Shown: positions 49,285-58,370 of the stretch, one piece after another | Layout of the letters: each line of letters starts with the position of its first letter | Position numbering within the stretch: position 1 is the first letter of the stretch | Assembly (NCBI GenBank): GCA_963698385.1 | Contig: CAVOQP010000006.1 | Location: 17,097 to 81,096 of the forward strand | Origin: an uncultured Acidimicrobiia bacterium | Lineage (GTDB): Bacteria; Actinomycetota; Acidimicrobiia; Spongiisociales; JAENVV01 | Reading direction: 5' to 3' | Length of the DNA: 64,000 nucleotides | Translations under genes and position numbers: made by a program | The notes under the pieces: generated by a model | What the model saw: only the letters and a program-made list of their open reading frames with translations | What the model was told of the DNA's origin: nothing | Database searches by the model: none

Positions 49285-49313
49285 AGGCTAAACACGACCC
49301 AGTGCGCCCGCAA
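49285..49313 (-). promoter_or_regulatory. Putative sigma-A promoter of whiB
   Basis: TTGCGG-n17-TAGCCT on the minus strand. Confidence 0.55.
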
Positions 49314-49397
49314 GCAATTCAAGGTATTTTCTTGACGCCTGCTCGAATTCCGTGAGCATAGGTCGCCCATTGATCGTTACGCGAATTGGAGTAGTTG

Positions 49398-50075
49398 ATG
49401 CGCATCGGAGGACACAGAGGTTGGAGGGCCGCGTACGCGGAGAACACCCTCGAGGGAATCGTGGCAGCGGTGCCACACATCGATTTCGCTGAAATCGACA
49501 TCCGGTGGACGATGGACGGAGTGCCCGTCCTCAGCCATGACGTCGAGGTCAACGGCGTCATCATCCCCGAGCACACGGCCGTCGCCCTGGCGGGCATGCC
49601 TGAGACCGCCCACATCCCGACGCTTCGGTCCCTGTTGGAGACGTGCCCGGACCTCCCGCTCGACATCGAACTCAAGCACATCCCCGGGGACCCCGATTTC
49701 GACCCGTCGTTCGACCGGCCCGTGGCAGCGGCCACCCTTGCCCGTCCGGGCGACGTCGTCACCACCTTCCATTGGCCAACGCTGGCCGAGATCAAACAAA
49801 GGGTGCCGCGCGTCCTCACGGGCGTGCTCGTCGACTCACCCGACACACTCGATGACGCCATCGAGGAGGCAGTCGCTCAGGGGCATCGGTTCGTCGTTCC
49901 CCACCACTCCATGTTGGAGAGCGCAGCCCGGGTCGCGGCCATCCATCGGCAGGGCCTGCTCGTCGGCGTGTGGACGGTGAACGACCCGGCTGATGCGCGA
50001 CGACTCGCGGACTACGGTGTCGATGCGATCGTCACCGACGATCCCCCACTCATCAACGCAGAGGTCAGACCGTGA
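49398..50075 (+). CDS. Glycerophosphodiester phosphodiesterase
   Basis: GHRG, ENTL, EIDI, HD, IELK, WTVND, IVTDDP. Confidence 0.92.
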   Translation: MRIGGHRGWRAAYAENTLEGIVAAVPHIDFAEIDIRWTMDGVPVLSHDVEVNGVIIPEHTAVALAGMPETAHIPTLRSLLETCPDLPLDIELKHIPGDPDFDPSFDRPVAAATLARPGDVVTTFHWPTLAEIKQRVPRVLTGVLVDSPDTLDDAIEEAVAQGHRFVVPHHSMLESAARVAAIHRQGLLVGVWTVNDPADARRLADYGVDAIVTDDPPLINAEVRP

Positions 50076-50530
50076 TCGAGGAAGAACTCAGGAAGGAACT
50101 CGTCGACGCCCTGAAGGCGAAGGACACCGCCAGGAGCAACGTCATCCGCGCCATCACCACGGAGGTGTCGAAGAAGAGGGCAGAGCCCGGTTTTACCGGG
50201 GAGGTCGATGACGCCCTCTTCGTCGAGGTCATGTCCTCGTTCTCCAAGAAGATGGACAAGGCCCGGCACGAGTACGAGGGCTATGGAGAGAGAGGGGCCG
50301 CCCAGGCGGCGAAGCTCGCGTTCGAGGTCGACTATCTCTCGCGCTGGCTCCCGTCCAAGCTCGACGAAGCCGCCACCCGGTCCCTGGTGGAGGAGGCGGT
50401 CGCCGGGCTGGGCGTGGCGGGGGATCCGAGCGCATCCGGGCGGGTCATGGGCTCACTCATGTCGTCACACAAGGACGACCTCGACGGTGCGCTCGTGAAC
50501 CGGGTCGTCCGCGAGGTCCTGGCGGGATAG
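50072..50530 (+). CDS. GatB/YqeY domain protein
   Basis: ALKAKD, LP..L.E, GRVMG.LM, DG..VN..VR. Confidence 0.88.
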   Translation: MIEEELRKELVDALKAKDTARSNVIRAITTEVSKKRAEPGFTGEVDDALFVEVMSSFSKKMDKARHEYEGYGERGAAQAAKLAFEVDYLSRWLPSKLDEAATRSLVEEAVAGLGVAGDPSASGRVMGSLMSSHKDDLDGALVNRVVREVLAG

Positions 50531-50590
50531 GGAACCCGTGCGCCGCCACCAGATCGATCGGTCCGGCCCTGCCCGGCGTGGGGGGACCCG

Positions 50591-51535
50591 GTGACGCGGT
50601 CGCCCATGCTGGCGGTGCCATGGGAGCGCCCGTTCAGCGACCCTGGCTGGTACTTCGAACCGAAGTGGGATGGCGTCCGCTGTCTCACCACTTGGGACGG
50701 CGTCCGGCTCTCCCTCCGATCGCGCACGGGTCGCGAGATGTCCGGGACCTACCCGGAGCTGGGTCCACCGATCGAGTCCCCGGTTGTGCTCGACTCGGAG
50801 ATCGTCGCCCTCGACGTCGACGGGCGGCCTTCGTTCCAGCTTCTCCAATCCCGTCTCAACCTGGGTGGGGTCCGGACGACCGAGGCCGCCGCCTCCGCGC
50901 CGATCGTCGCATTCGTCTTCGACCTGCTCGAACTCGATGGTGTCGGTTGGGAGGCTTCACCGTTCCAGGAGCGGCGGACGGCCCTCGAGGCCCTCGAACT
51001 CACCCCGCCATGGCACCGGGCCGACGGGATCGTCGGCGAGGGTGAGGCGTTCTGGGCCGCGGTCGACGCCCAGGACCTCGAGGGGATGGTGGCCAAGCGT
51101 CTCGACTCGCCCTACCGGCAAGGTGTGCGGTCGCCCGAGTGGCGCAAGATCGTCCGCTACCACACGGTGCGGGCACTCGTGGGGGGTTTCACGGCCGGCG
51201 AAGGAGGCAGGGCAGACACGTTCGGATCGCTGCTGCTCGGCGTCAAGGGCAATCATGACGACCTGCGCTGGATCGGCTCGGTCGGTACCGGCTTCGACGA
51301 TCGCGCGCTCCGGCTCATCAGGGGTGCGCTCGACGACATGCGGACCGATCGATGCCCGTTCGGCGAAACCCCTGACCTGCCGGATGCCGCCTTCGTCGTT
51401 CCCCATCTCGTCGCCCATGTCAGGTTCAAGGAGTGGACGAGCGAAGGGAGGCTCCGACACCCGTCGTTCAAGGGTTTTGGCGCCGAGAACCCGGACACGA
51501 TCACGTGGTCGGAGGAAGGACCCGGCCAGGGATGA
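50591..51535 (+). CDS. ATP-dependent DNA ligase (stand-alone LigD-type ligase domain)
   Basis: EPKWDGVR, LDSEIV, FDLL, EGMVAK..DSPY, W.K, GSVGTGF, LRHPSF. Confidence 0.92.
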   Translation: MTRSPMLAVPWERPFSDPGWYFEPKWDGVRCLTTWDGVRLSLRSRTGREMSGTYPELGPPIESPVVLDSEIVALDVDGRPSFQLLQSRLNLGGVRTTEAAASAPIVAFVFDLLELDGVGWEASPFQERRTALEALELTPPWHRADGIVGEGEAFWAAVDAQDLEGMVAKRLDSPYRQGVRSPEWRKIVRYHTVRALVGGFTAGEGGRADTFGSLLLGVKGNHDDLRWIGSVGTGFDDRALRLIRGALDDMRTDRCPFGETPDLPDAAFVVPHLVAHVRFKEWTSEGRLRHPSFKGFGAENPDTITWSEEGPGQG

Positions 51536-51592
51536 GCGCCACCCTCGGCTCCAGGTCCCCTTCAGCGATTCGCCGTCCCTAGTCTCACTGCC

Positions 51593-52738
51593 ATGAAGAC
51601 CGCTGCCGTGATCATCGTCGTCGTAGCCCTCATCCTTGGGGGGGCGGGTTGGGTGTTCTCCGACGAGATCCGGACGAGCGTGCTCGACCTCGAGGACTTC
51701 GAGTTCTCGACGCCGGTCGAGGTCATCGACGTCTCTGCTCGTGAGATTGAGTTGAGCTGGCTTGACCTTGGTGAGACCCGACTGGACCGGGACGAGGTGG
51801 CTGGGATCGTGTGGAACGGCGGCTACGGACAGGTCACCGACTTCAGCCATCGGGCGGAAGGCAACGTGGTGAGGGCGTTTCGTGCCATCGAAGGTGGGCT
51901 TCCCGGGGTGGGAGAGCGAGTGGCGATCGATGAGTACGCCTGGCCCGCCGACCCAGGGGTCTTCGGGTTCGAGTTCGCCGAGGAAGTCATCGAGGGTGAG
52001 CTCGGCCCGATGCCGGCGTGGTCGATCCCGGTCAATCCGGACAGCCCGTGGGTCATCCTCGTTCACGGGCGAAACGACCGGGGACGGGTCGAGATGCTTC
52101 GCCTCGTTCCTTTCCTCCACGACGCGGGGTACAGCGTTCTCATCCCGACATACCGCAACGACGAGGGTGCCCCCCAGGTCGCTGGGCGCCGGGTTGCCTT
52201 CGGTCACACCGAGTGGAAGGACCTCGATGCGGCGATGGCATGGGTCGATCAGCGAGCCGTGGGAGACGTCTCGGTGATCGGGTTCTCGATGGGAGCGGCG
52301 ATCACGCTCTCCTGGATGGTGAACAGCCCCGAGGAGGCGGCGGAGCTACGAGCGGTGGTGCTCGACTCGCCGACCACCAACATCGGGGAGACCATCAGGC
52401 TCAAGGCCTCGGAGCGCGAGCTGCCGATTCCCTACCTGCACGTGAAAGTCCCGACCATCGTCGCGGACGCGGCGATCCTCGTCGCCGAGCAGCGGTTCGA
52501 CGTCGACTTCTCGAACTACGACTACGTGGAGATGGCCAAGGACCTCCCGGACGTGCCGATCCTCGTCCTCCACGGCACCGAGGACGTCACGATCCCGATC
52601 GAGACGTCGCGCTCCTTCACCGACGCCGCGGTGCGGGCCCGCCTCGTCGAGCTCTTCGGTGGGCATACGCGGATGTGGAACGTGGATCCGGTCACCTACG
52701 AGGCAGCCGTGCTCGGGTTCCTCGAACGGTATCGCTAG
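51593..52738 (+). CDS. Exported alpha/beta hydrolase
   Basis: N-terminal TM, VHG, GFSMG nucleophile elbow, HGTED, GGH. Confidence 0.85.
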   Translation: MKTAAVIIVVVALILGGAGWVFSDEIRTSVLDLEDFEFSTPVEVIDVSAREIELSWLDLGETRLDRDEVAGIVWNGGYGQVTDFSHRAEGNVVRAFRAIEGGLPGVGERVAIDEYAWPADPGVFGFEFAEEVIEGELGPMPAWSIPVNPDSPWVILVHGRNDRGRVEMLRLVPFLHDAGYSVLIPTYRNDEGAPQVAGRRVAFGHTEWKDLDAAMAWVDQRAVGDVSVIGFSMGAAITLSWMVNSPEEAAELRAVVLDSPTTNIGETIRLKASERELPIPYLHVKVPTIVADAAILVAEQRFDVDFSNYDYVEMAKDLPDVPILVLHGTEDVTIPIETSRSFTDAAVRARLVELFGGHTRMWNVDPVTYEAAVLGFLERYR

Positions 52739-52803
52739 CGCGTCCGCGGACATCGAACAATCACCCCTTCCCACTGGAGACGTCCCCCAACTACATTGAG
52801 GGC

Positions 52804-53589
52804 ATGCGTTCCATCTGGAAAGGTGCGATCAGTTTCGGCCTGGTGACCATCCCGGTCGGGCTCTTCTCTGCCACTGAGAACAGATCACCCTCGTTCAAGC
52901 AGCTGCGGGAGTCGGATGGGAGCCCGATCCGCTACAAACGGGTGGCGGAAGTGGACGGCAAGGAAGTCGTCTGGGACGACATCGTCCGCGGGTACGAGGT
53001 CGAGAAGGGGCGCTACGTCATCTTCAGTGACGAGGAGCTCGAAGCAGCTGCGTCAGGCACCGGATCGAAGCTGGTCGACGTCGTGCAGTTCGTCAATGAG
53101 GCCGAGATCGACCCGATCCTCTACAAGTCCTCGTACTACCTGGCCCCGGAGAAGACCGGGATCAAGGCTTACAAGATCCTCCTCACGGCGCTCGCAGAAG
53201 AGGGCCTGGTCGGTCTCTGCAAAGTCTCGATCCGGGCCAAGGAGCAGATGGCGACCCTGCGCAACAAGGGCGGCGTCCTGGTGATGGAGACCATGTATTG
53301 GCCCGATGAGGTCCGCGAGGCGACCTTCGAGTCCCTCGAGGAGGAAGTCGAGGTACGAGCCGACGAACTGGCGATGGCGTCGATGCTCATCGAGAACATG
53401 ACACGGTCGTTCGAACCCGAGGAATGGGCCGATCGTACGCGGGAACGGATCGAAGAGCTTGCGCAGAAGAAGATCGAGGGTGAGGAGATCATCGCCCCCG
53501 CCTCACCTGAGCCGACGAAGGTCATCGACCTCCTCGAGGCTCTCAAGGCCTCCGTCGAGGCCACGAAGGCCTCCCGACGCGCCTCCTAG
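52804..53589 (+). CDS. ku: NHEJ DNA end-binding protein Ku
   Basis: MRSIWKGAISFGLVTIPV, IVRGYE, YYLAP, DLLEALKASV. Confidence 0.96.
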   Translation: MRSIWKGAISFGLVTIPVGLFSATENRSPSFKQLRESDGSPIRYKRVAEVDGKEVVWDDIVRGYEVEKGRYVIFSDEELEAAASGTGSKLVDVVQFVNEAEIDPILYKSSYYLAPEKTGIKAYKILLTALAEEGLVGLCKVSIRAKEQMATLRNKGGVLVMETMYWPDEVREATFESLEEEVEVRADELAMASMLIENMTRSFEPEEWADRTRERIEELAQKKIEGEEIIAPASPEPTKVIDLLEALKASVEATKASRRAS

Positions 53590-53732
53590 TGCCGGGCCGC
53601 TCACACGGCGCCAGGGCGGCTCCGAGCCCTCGGGTCGTCCGCCGAGGGCCGGGGAACGCGTGACCAATCTGTCGACGCACCGCTGAACCCCCGAATCCGA
53701 CAGTCGGAACCCGTCGGTACACTCCTGCTCCT

Positions 53733-53804
53733 GCCCTCGTAGCTCAGGGGATAGAGCACCGGCCTCCGGAGCCGGGAGCGCAGGTTCGAATCCTGCCGAG
53801 GGCG
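53733..53804 (+). tRNA. tRNA-Arg (CCG)
   Basis: GCCCTCG/CGAGGGC acceptor, CCGGC-CTCCGGA-GCCGG anticodon arm, GTTCGAATC. Confidence 0.96.
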
Positions 53805-53830
53805 CCCTCACCATCCGACCGAAGCCTGGA

Positions 53831-55102
53831 TCACACGTCCAGTCGCACCAGGTCATCGAACGTCTCCCGCCGGACAACGAGGCGGGCATTGCCGTCCCGC
53901 ACGAAGACGACGGGCGGCCGCAGCACCTTGTTGTAGTTGGAGCCCATCGAATGCCCGTAGGCACCGGTCACGGGGGTGGCGATGAGGTCGCCCACCTCGA
54001 TGTCGCCCGGTACCCATCCGGCCCGGACGAGGAGGTCCCCCGACTCACAGTGCTTCCCGACCAGGCGAATCTCCTGGTCGCGGACCGCGTCGAGTGCCCT
54101 CGGGAGGAAGGTCTCGTAGCCGGATCCGTAGAGGACGGGCCGTGGGTTGTCGCTCATGCCTCCGTCGACCGCGACGTACGTGCGGATCCCCGGGAGTCGT
54201 TTGATGGTGCCCGCGGTGTAGAGGGTGACGGCGGCCGCGGCCACGATCGAGCGGCCCGGCTCCGCCGAGATCGTGCCGGTCACACCCTCCGTCCGGCAGG
54301 CCCCGATGACCGCTGCCGCCCACTCCTCGATCGCGGCGGCCTCCTCGCCCTCGACGTAGGCGACCCCGAGGCCACCTCCCACCGAGAGTTCGGGAAGGCC
54401 GAACGGGAGGGCGATTCGGGCAATGATGCGGGCTGCCTCGGCGAACGAATCGATGGAGAAGACCTGGCTGCCGATGTGGGCGTGGATGCCCACGAGGTCC
54501 ATGGCGACCGAGGTCCGGGCCCGCTCGATGGCAGCCGCCGCGGCTCCGGTCGAGACCGTGAAACCGAACTTCGTGTCGTCATGGCCGGTCTGGACGAACC
54601 GGTGCGTGTGCGCCTCCACCCCGGGGGTGAGACGGATCAGCACCCGGGGAGCAGGGAGGCCTTCGGCGACCAGGGCCTCGATCCGATCGATCTCGTCGAA
54701 TGAGTCGATGACCACGCGCCCGACCCCGGCGGTGAGGGCCGTGCGGAGCTCTTCCCGGCTCTTGTTGTTGCCATGGAGGACGAGGCGATCGGCGGGGACG
54801 TCCGCGGTGAGCGCAACATGCAGCTCACCGCCCGTCGCCACGTCGAGGTGCATTCCCTCCTCGTGGGCCAATCGGGCCATCTCCTTGCAGAGGAAGGCCT
54901 TGGAGGCGTAGGCGACCCCATCGCCCCACGCCGTCACGGCCCGCCGGCACCGATCCCGCACATGCTCCTCGTCATACACGAACAGCGGTGTCCCGAACTC
55001 GGTTGCCAGGTCGAGCGTGTCGCAACCACCAAGCACGAGTTGTCCGTGGGACCCCACGGATGCAGAGTCGGGGAGGAGCGCACGTGGGATGGGACCGGCC
55101 AT
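53831..55102 (-). CDS. lysA: Diaminopimelate decarboxylase
   Basis: YASKAF, HGNNKS, HIGSQ, EPGRS, GKHCESGD, TGAY...SNYN; start MAGPIP with TACTCT upstream. Confidence 0.95.
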   Translation of the reverse strand: MAGPIPRALLPDSASVGSHGQLVLGGCDTLDLATEFGTPLFVYDEEHVRDRCRRAVTAWGDGVAYASKAFLCKEMARLAHEEGMHLDVATGGELHVALTADVPADRLVLHGNNKSREELRTALTAGVGRVVIDSFDEIDRIEALVAEGLPAPRVLIRLTPGVEAHTHRFVQTGHDDTKFGFTVSTGAAAAAIERARTSVAMDLVGIHAHIGSQVFSIDSFAEAARIIARIALPFGLPELSVGGGLGVAYVEGEEAAAIEEWAAAVIGACRTEGVTGTISAEPGRSIVAAAAVTLYTAGTIKRLPGIRTYVAVDGGMSDNPRPVLYGSGYETFLPRALDAVRDQEIRLVGKHCESGDLLVRAGWVPGDIEVGDLIATPVTGAYGHSMGSNYNKVLRPPVVFVRDGNARLVVRRETFDDLVRLDV

Positions 55103-55146
55103 GGGAAGGGAGAGTAGCTCCGCTCGGTTTCGGCCCCTCCGGTGGG

Positions 55147-56028
55147 CTACTCCCCGCGGGTCTCGGTGTCGATCCGGGGGAGCATGCCCGTGGTCTCCGA
55201 CGTGTCCAGGAGCCGGGATGCGCCCTCGGTGGGATCGAGCGCTTCCAGCCACCGCACGAGGATTTCCTGCTCGATCCTCCCCTTGGCGTGGACGGGGCTG
55301 GGCACTCGGACGATGAGGTCGAGGCTGTTCGGTCCGGTGACGTCGATCACCACCTGCGGTTGAACCGATGGCAGCGCCAGCGAATGCCGCTTGGCGCGTT
55401 CGGCGAAGCTCACACCCGCTTCCGCGACGAACGGCAGGGTGGTCCTTTCCGCTGCCTGCAGGAGCAGGTCGGCTGTGGTTCGCCATCCGTCGAGCGGCAC
55501 TGGGACGGTGAAGGCGTGGAGAACAAAGTCGCGGCCGCCGGTCTCGTTCACCACCGATTGGGTCACGAGGAGGGAGTTGGGAAACACGATCGTGCGCCCG
55601 GTCCTCGCCTCGCCCGGGCCGACCTCGAAGATCGTGGTGGTGAGCAGGGAGTGATCGACAACGTCCCCCCGCAGCCCGGAAACCTCGATCCTGTCGCCAA
55701 TGGAGAAGCTCTTTCCCGACGTGCGGACGATGGCGCCACTGACGCACATGATGAGTTCCTTGGTCGCCAGCACGAAAGCCGCGCCGAGGGCCACGAGGGA
55801 GATCGCTGCGGAGCGCAGTTGCTCGGCCCAGATGACCGTCAGCCCGAAGAAGAGCAGCAGGAGGGCAAGGTTGCGGATCTGCACCATCCACCGACGGCTC
55901 ATCTGGACATTCGCCCACTCCTGGTTGCGGACATACCGCACCGCCACCCCTCGCCCGACGAGAACAACGAGGAAGAGGACGGCCGAACTGATGACGTCGG
56001 CTGATCGGCCTACGAAGAGCGAATCCAC
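55147..56028 (-). CDS. Small-conductance mechanosensitive channel (MscS family)
   Basis: Three TMs, FSIGDRIEV...GDV, FPNS; GTG start with TACCCT upstream. Confidence 0.88.
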   Translation of the reverse strand: MDSLFVGRSADVISSAVLFLVVLVGRGVAVRYVRNQEWANVQMSRRWMVQIRNLALLLLFFGLTVIWAEQLRSAAISLVALGAAFVLATKELIMCVSGAIVRTSGKSFSIGDRIEVSGLRGDVVDHSLLTTTIFEVGPGEARTGRTIVFPNSLLVTQSVVNETGGRDFVLHAFTVPVPLDGWRTTADLLLQAAERTTLPFVAEAGVSFAERAKRHSLALPSVQPQVVIDVTGPNSLDLIVRVPSPVHAKGRIEQEILVRWLEALDPTEGASRLLDTSETTGMLPRIDTETRGE

Positions 56029-56132
56029 GCCGGGAAGGGTAGTGGACTCCCCTTCCTGGCTCCCGCGAGAAGCCAGCCCCCCGGAAGGCTGCCCGACCGT
56101 TGGTTGCCCGACCGAGCGCGTACGCTGAGGCC

Positions 56133-57008
56133 ATGCAGGAAGTGTTCTCGGGGTTGGGTGTCTCACCGGCCACCCAGGCCAAGACAGTGGCGTCGCTCAT
56201 CGCCGTGGCCGTCATCGTGCTCCTGCGCTGGGTGATCGTGAGGGCAATCCAACGGCGCATCGAGGAACCCGAACTCACCTATCGAACACGGAAGGTGGCG
56301 TCCTACATCACCTCACTCGTGAGCGTCCTCACGCTCAGCTGGATCTGGATCGACGCGCTCGACTCCTTCACCACCTACATCGGCCTGGTCTCTGCCGGTA
56401 TCGCCATCGCCCTCACCGACGTCCTCAAGAACCTGGCCGGGTGGGCGTACATCCTCCTCCGGCGTCCGTTCCGGGTCGGAGACCGGATCGAGATCGGCGA
56501 CACGAAGGGCGACGTCGTCGACATCAGGCTCTTCCGGTTCTCGCTCCTCGAGGTCGGCAACTGGGTCGACGCCGAGCAATCGACCGGTCGCCTCGTTCAT
56601 GTCCCCAACGGCCTTCTCTTCACCGAGCGGCTCGCCAACTACACGGAGGGGTTCGAGTACATCTGGCACGAGATCCCGGTGCTCATCACCTTCGAGTCCG
56701 ACTGGAAGCTGGCACGCGAGATCCTCGAACGTGCACTCGCCGAGCGAGTACCGGCCGTCCAAGGAGACGCAGCCCAACGCATCCGATCAGCTGCCAAGAC
56801 CTATCACATCCGCTTTGGTGCGCTCACACCTCGCGTCTACCTCACAGTGAGGGACTCCGGCGTCCTGCTCACCGCCCGGCTCCTCGTTGATGTGCGGGCG
56901 AGGCGAGCGATGGACGAGGCGTTCTGGGAAGGGGTCCTCGAGGGGTTCGCAGCCGAGCCCACGGTCGAACTTGCCTACCCGACGATCAGGATGTATCGGC
57001 AGGAGTAG
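56133..57008 (+). CDS. Small-conductance mechanosensitive channel (MscS family)
   Basis: RPFRVGDRIEIG...GDVVDI, QSTGR..VPN, ELAYPT. Confidence 0.9.
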   Translation: MQEVFSGLGVSPATQAKTVASLIAVAVIVLLRWVIVRAIQRRIEEPELTYRTRKVASYITSLVSVLTLSWIWIDALDSFTTYIGLVSAGIAIALTDVLKNLAGWAYILLRRPFRVGDRIEIGDTKGDVVDIRLFRFSLLEVGNWVDAEQSTGRLVHVPNGLLFTERLANYTEGFEYIWHEIPVLITFESDWKLAREILERALAERVPAVQGDAAQRIRSAAKTYHIRFGALTPRVYLTVRDSGVLLTARLLVDVRARRAMDEAFWEGVLEGFAAEPTVELAYPTIRMYRQE

Positions 57009-57044
57009 CACGAGCACGAGCTCGAGCCCGAGCAGCCCAAGCCA
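57008..57044 (+). repeat. Degenerate hexamer array GCACGA/GCTCGA/GCCCGA
   Basis: Begins within the TAG stop: tagcacgagcacgagctcgagcccgagc. Confidence 0.7.
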
Positions 57045-57090
57045 ATCACCTGGGCATGCTCATCGGACGAGGCTGTACCCTGCTCGCTCC

Positions 57091-58368
57091 ATGAAGGTAG
57101 GAATCGGAATCATCGGCGCGGGCACTGTTGGCGGTGCCCTGGCGGCCAAGCTCATCGACGAAGGGGCGGCCATCGCTGCCAAGTCCGGCCTCGAGCTCGA
57201 GCTGGTCAAGGTGGCCGTGCGCGACAAGTCCAAAGCCCGCCCGTTCCATATCCCACCGGATCGTGTCACGACCGATCCCTTCGCCGTGGTCGACGATCCG
57301 GCTGTCCAGCTCGTCGTTGAGCTCATGGGTGGTCTCGAGCCGGCCGGCGCCATCGTCGAGCGCGCCCTGCGGGCGGGGAAGGCCGTTGTCACCGCCAACA
57401 AGGAGCTCGTCGCCACGCGTGGTCTTGACCTCATCTCCCTTGCGGAGGCCCAAGGTGTGGCGCTTCTCTACGAGGCTGCGGTGGGAGGGGGCATCCCCAT
57501 CATTCGGCCGCTCTCACAGTCCCTCGCCGGGGAGCGCCTCACCCGGGTGCTCGGAATCGTCAACGGCACCACCAACTTCATCCTCTCCAAGATGTCTGAG
57601 GAGGGAACCGCCTACGAGGACGTTCTCGCAGAGGCGCAGCGCCTCGGATTCGCCGAGGCCGATCCCACCTCCGACGTCGGCGGAGGGGATGCAGCCTCCA
57701 AGGCAGCCATCCTTGCGTCGCTGGCTTTCGGATCCTGGATCGACGGCCCTTCGGTACCCCGGGAAGGGATCGAAGGCATCTCGGTCGAAGACATCGACAA
57801 CGCGGCCACCCTCGGGTACGTCATCAAGCTCCTTGCCATCGCAGAAGAGAGCACCGGGGGAGTCGCGGTGAGGGTCCATCCCACGCTCGTCCCGATGGGT
57901 CATCCGCTGGCGGCGATCCGCGGCGCCCAGAACGCGATCCATGTCGAAGGGCCGCAGATCGGCGAACTGCTGTTCAGTGGTCCGGGAGCCGGCGGCGGTC
58001 CCACCGCCACGGCGGTGCTCGGGGACGTCATCGATGCGGCGAGGGAGCTCCTCGCCGGCGCCCAGGTCACCCCGCCGGTACGGTTCCAACCGGCTCGGAT
58101 GGTCGACCTCGCCCACACGGTCACCCAGCGCTACTACCGCCTCGAGGTGATGGACTCGCCGGGCGTGCTGGCTGCCATAGCCGCCGCCTTTGGTGCCGAG
58201 GAGGTCTCGATTGCTTCGGTATGGCAGGAAGGTCGCGGTGCGGGAGCGACGCTCCTCATCATCACGCACGAGGCACTCGAGTCCCGGCACGACCGAGCCC
58301 GGGCCGCGGTCAGTGCCCTCCCGTCGGTGACCGAAGTCGGGGCAATGCTCCGGGTCCACGCCGGGTGA
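57091..58368 (+). CDS. hom: Homoserine dehydrogenase with ACT domain
   Basis: GAGTVG, VTANK, EAAVGGGIP, NGTTN, AEADP, GPGAG..TA. Confidence 0.96.
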   Translation: MKVGIGIIGAGTVGGALAAKLIDEGAAIAAKSGLELELVKVAVRDKSKARPFHIPPDRVTTDPFAVVDDPAVQLVVELMGGLEPAGAIVERALRAGKAVVTANKELVATRGLDLISLAEAQGVALLYEAAVGGGIPIIRPLSQSLAGERLTRVLGIVNGTTNFILSKMSEEGTAYEDVLAEAQRLGFAEADPTSDVGGGDAASKAAILASLAFGSWIDGPSVPREGIEGISVEDIDNAATLGYVIKLLAIAEESTGGVAVRVHPTLVPMGHPLAAIRGAQNAIHVEGPQIGELLFSGPGAGGGPTATAVLGDVIDAARELLAGAQVTPPVRFQPARMVDLAHTVTQRYYRLEVMDSPGVLAAIAAAFGAEEVSIASVWQEGRGAGATLLIITHEALESRHDRARAAVSALPSVTEVGAMLRVHAG

Positions 58369-58370
58369 CG

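Noticed and set aside
52018..53589. 523-aa Ku with N-terminal extension
   Set aside because: The extension is an off-frame read of the hydrolase; Ku begins at the canonical MRSIWKG (52804).
53831..56278. 815-aa LysA fusion protein
   Set aside because: The extension overlaps mscS in another frame; the real start is ATG 55102 with its own -10.
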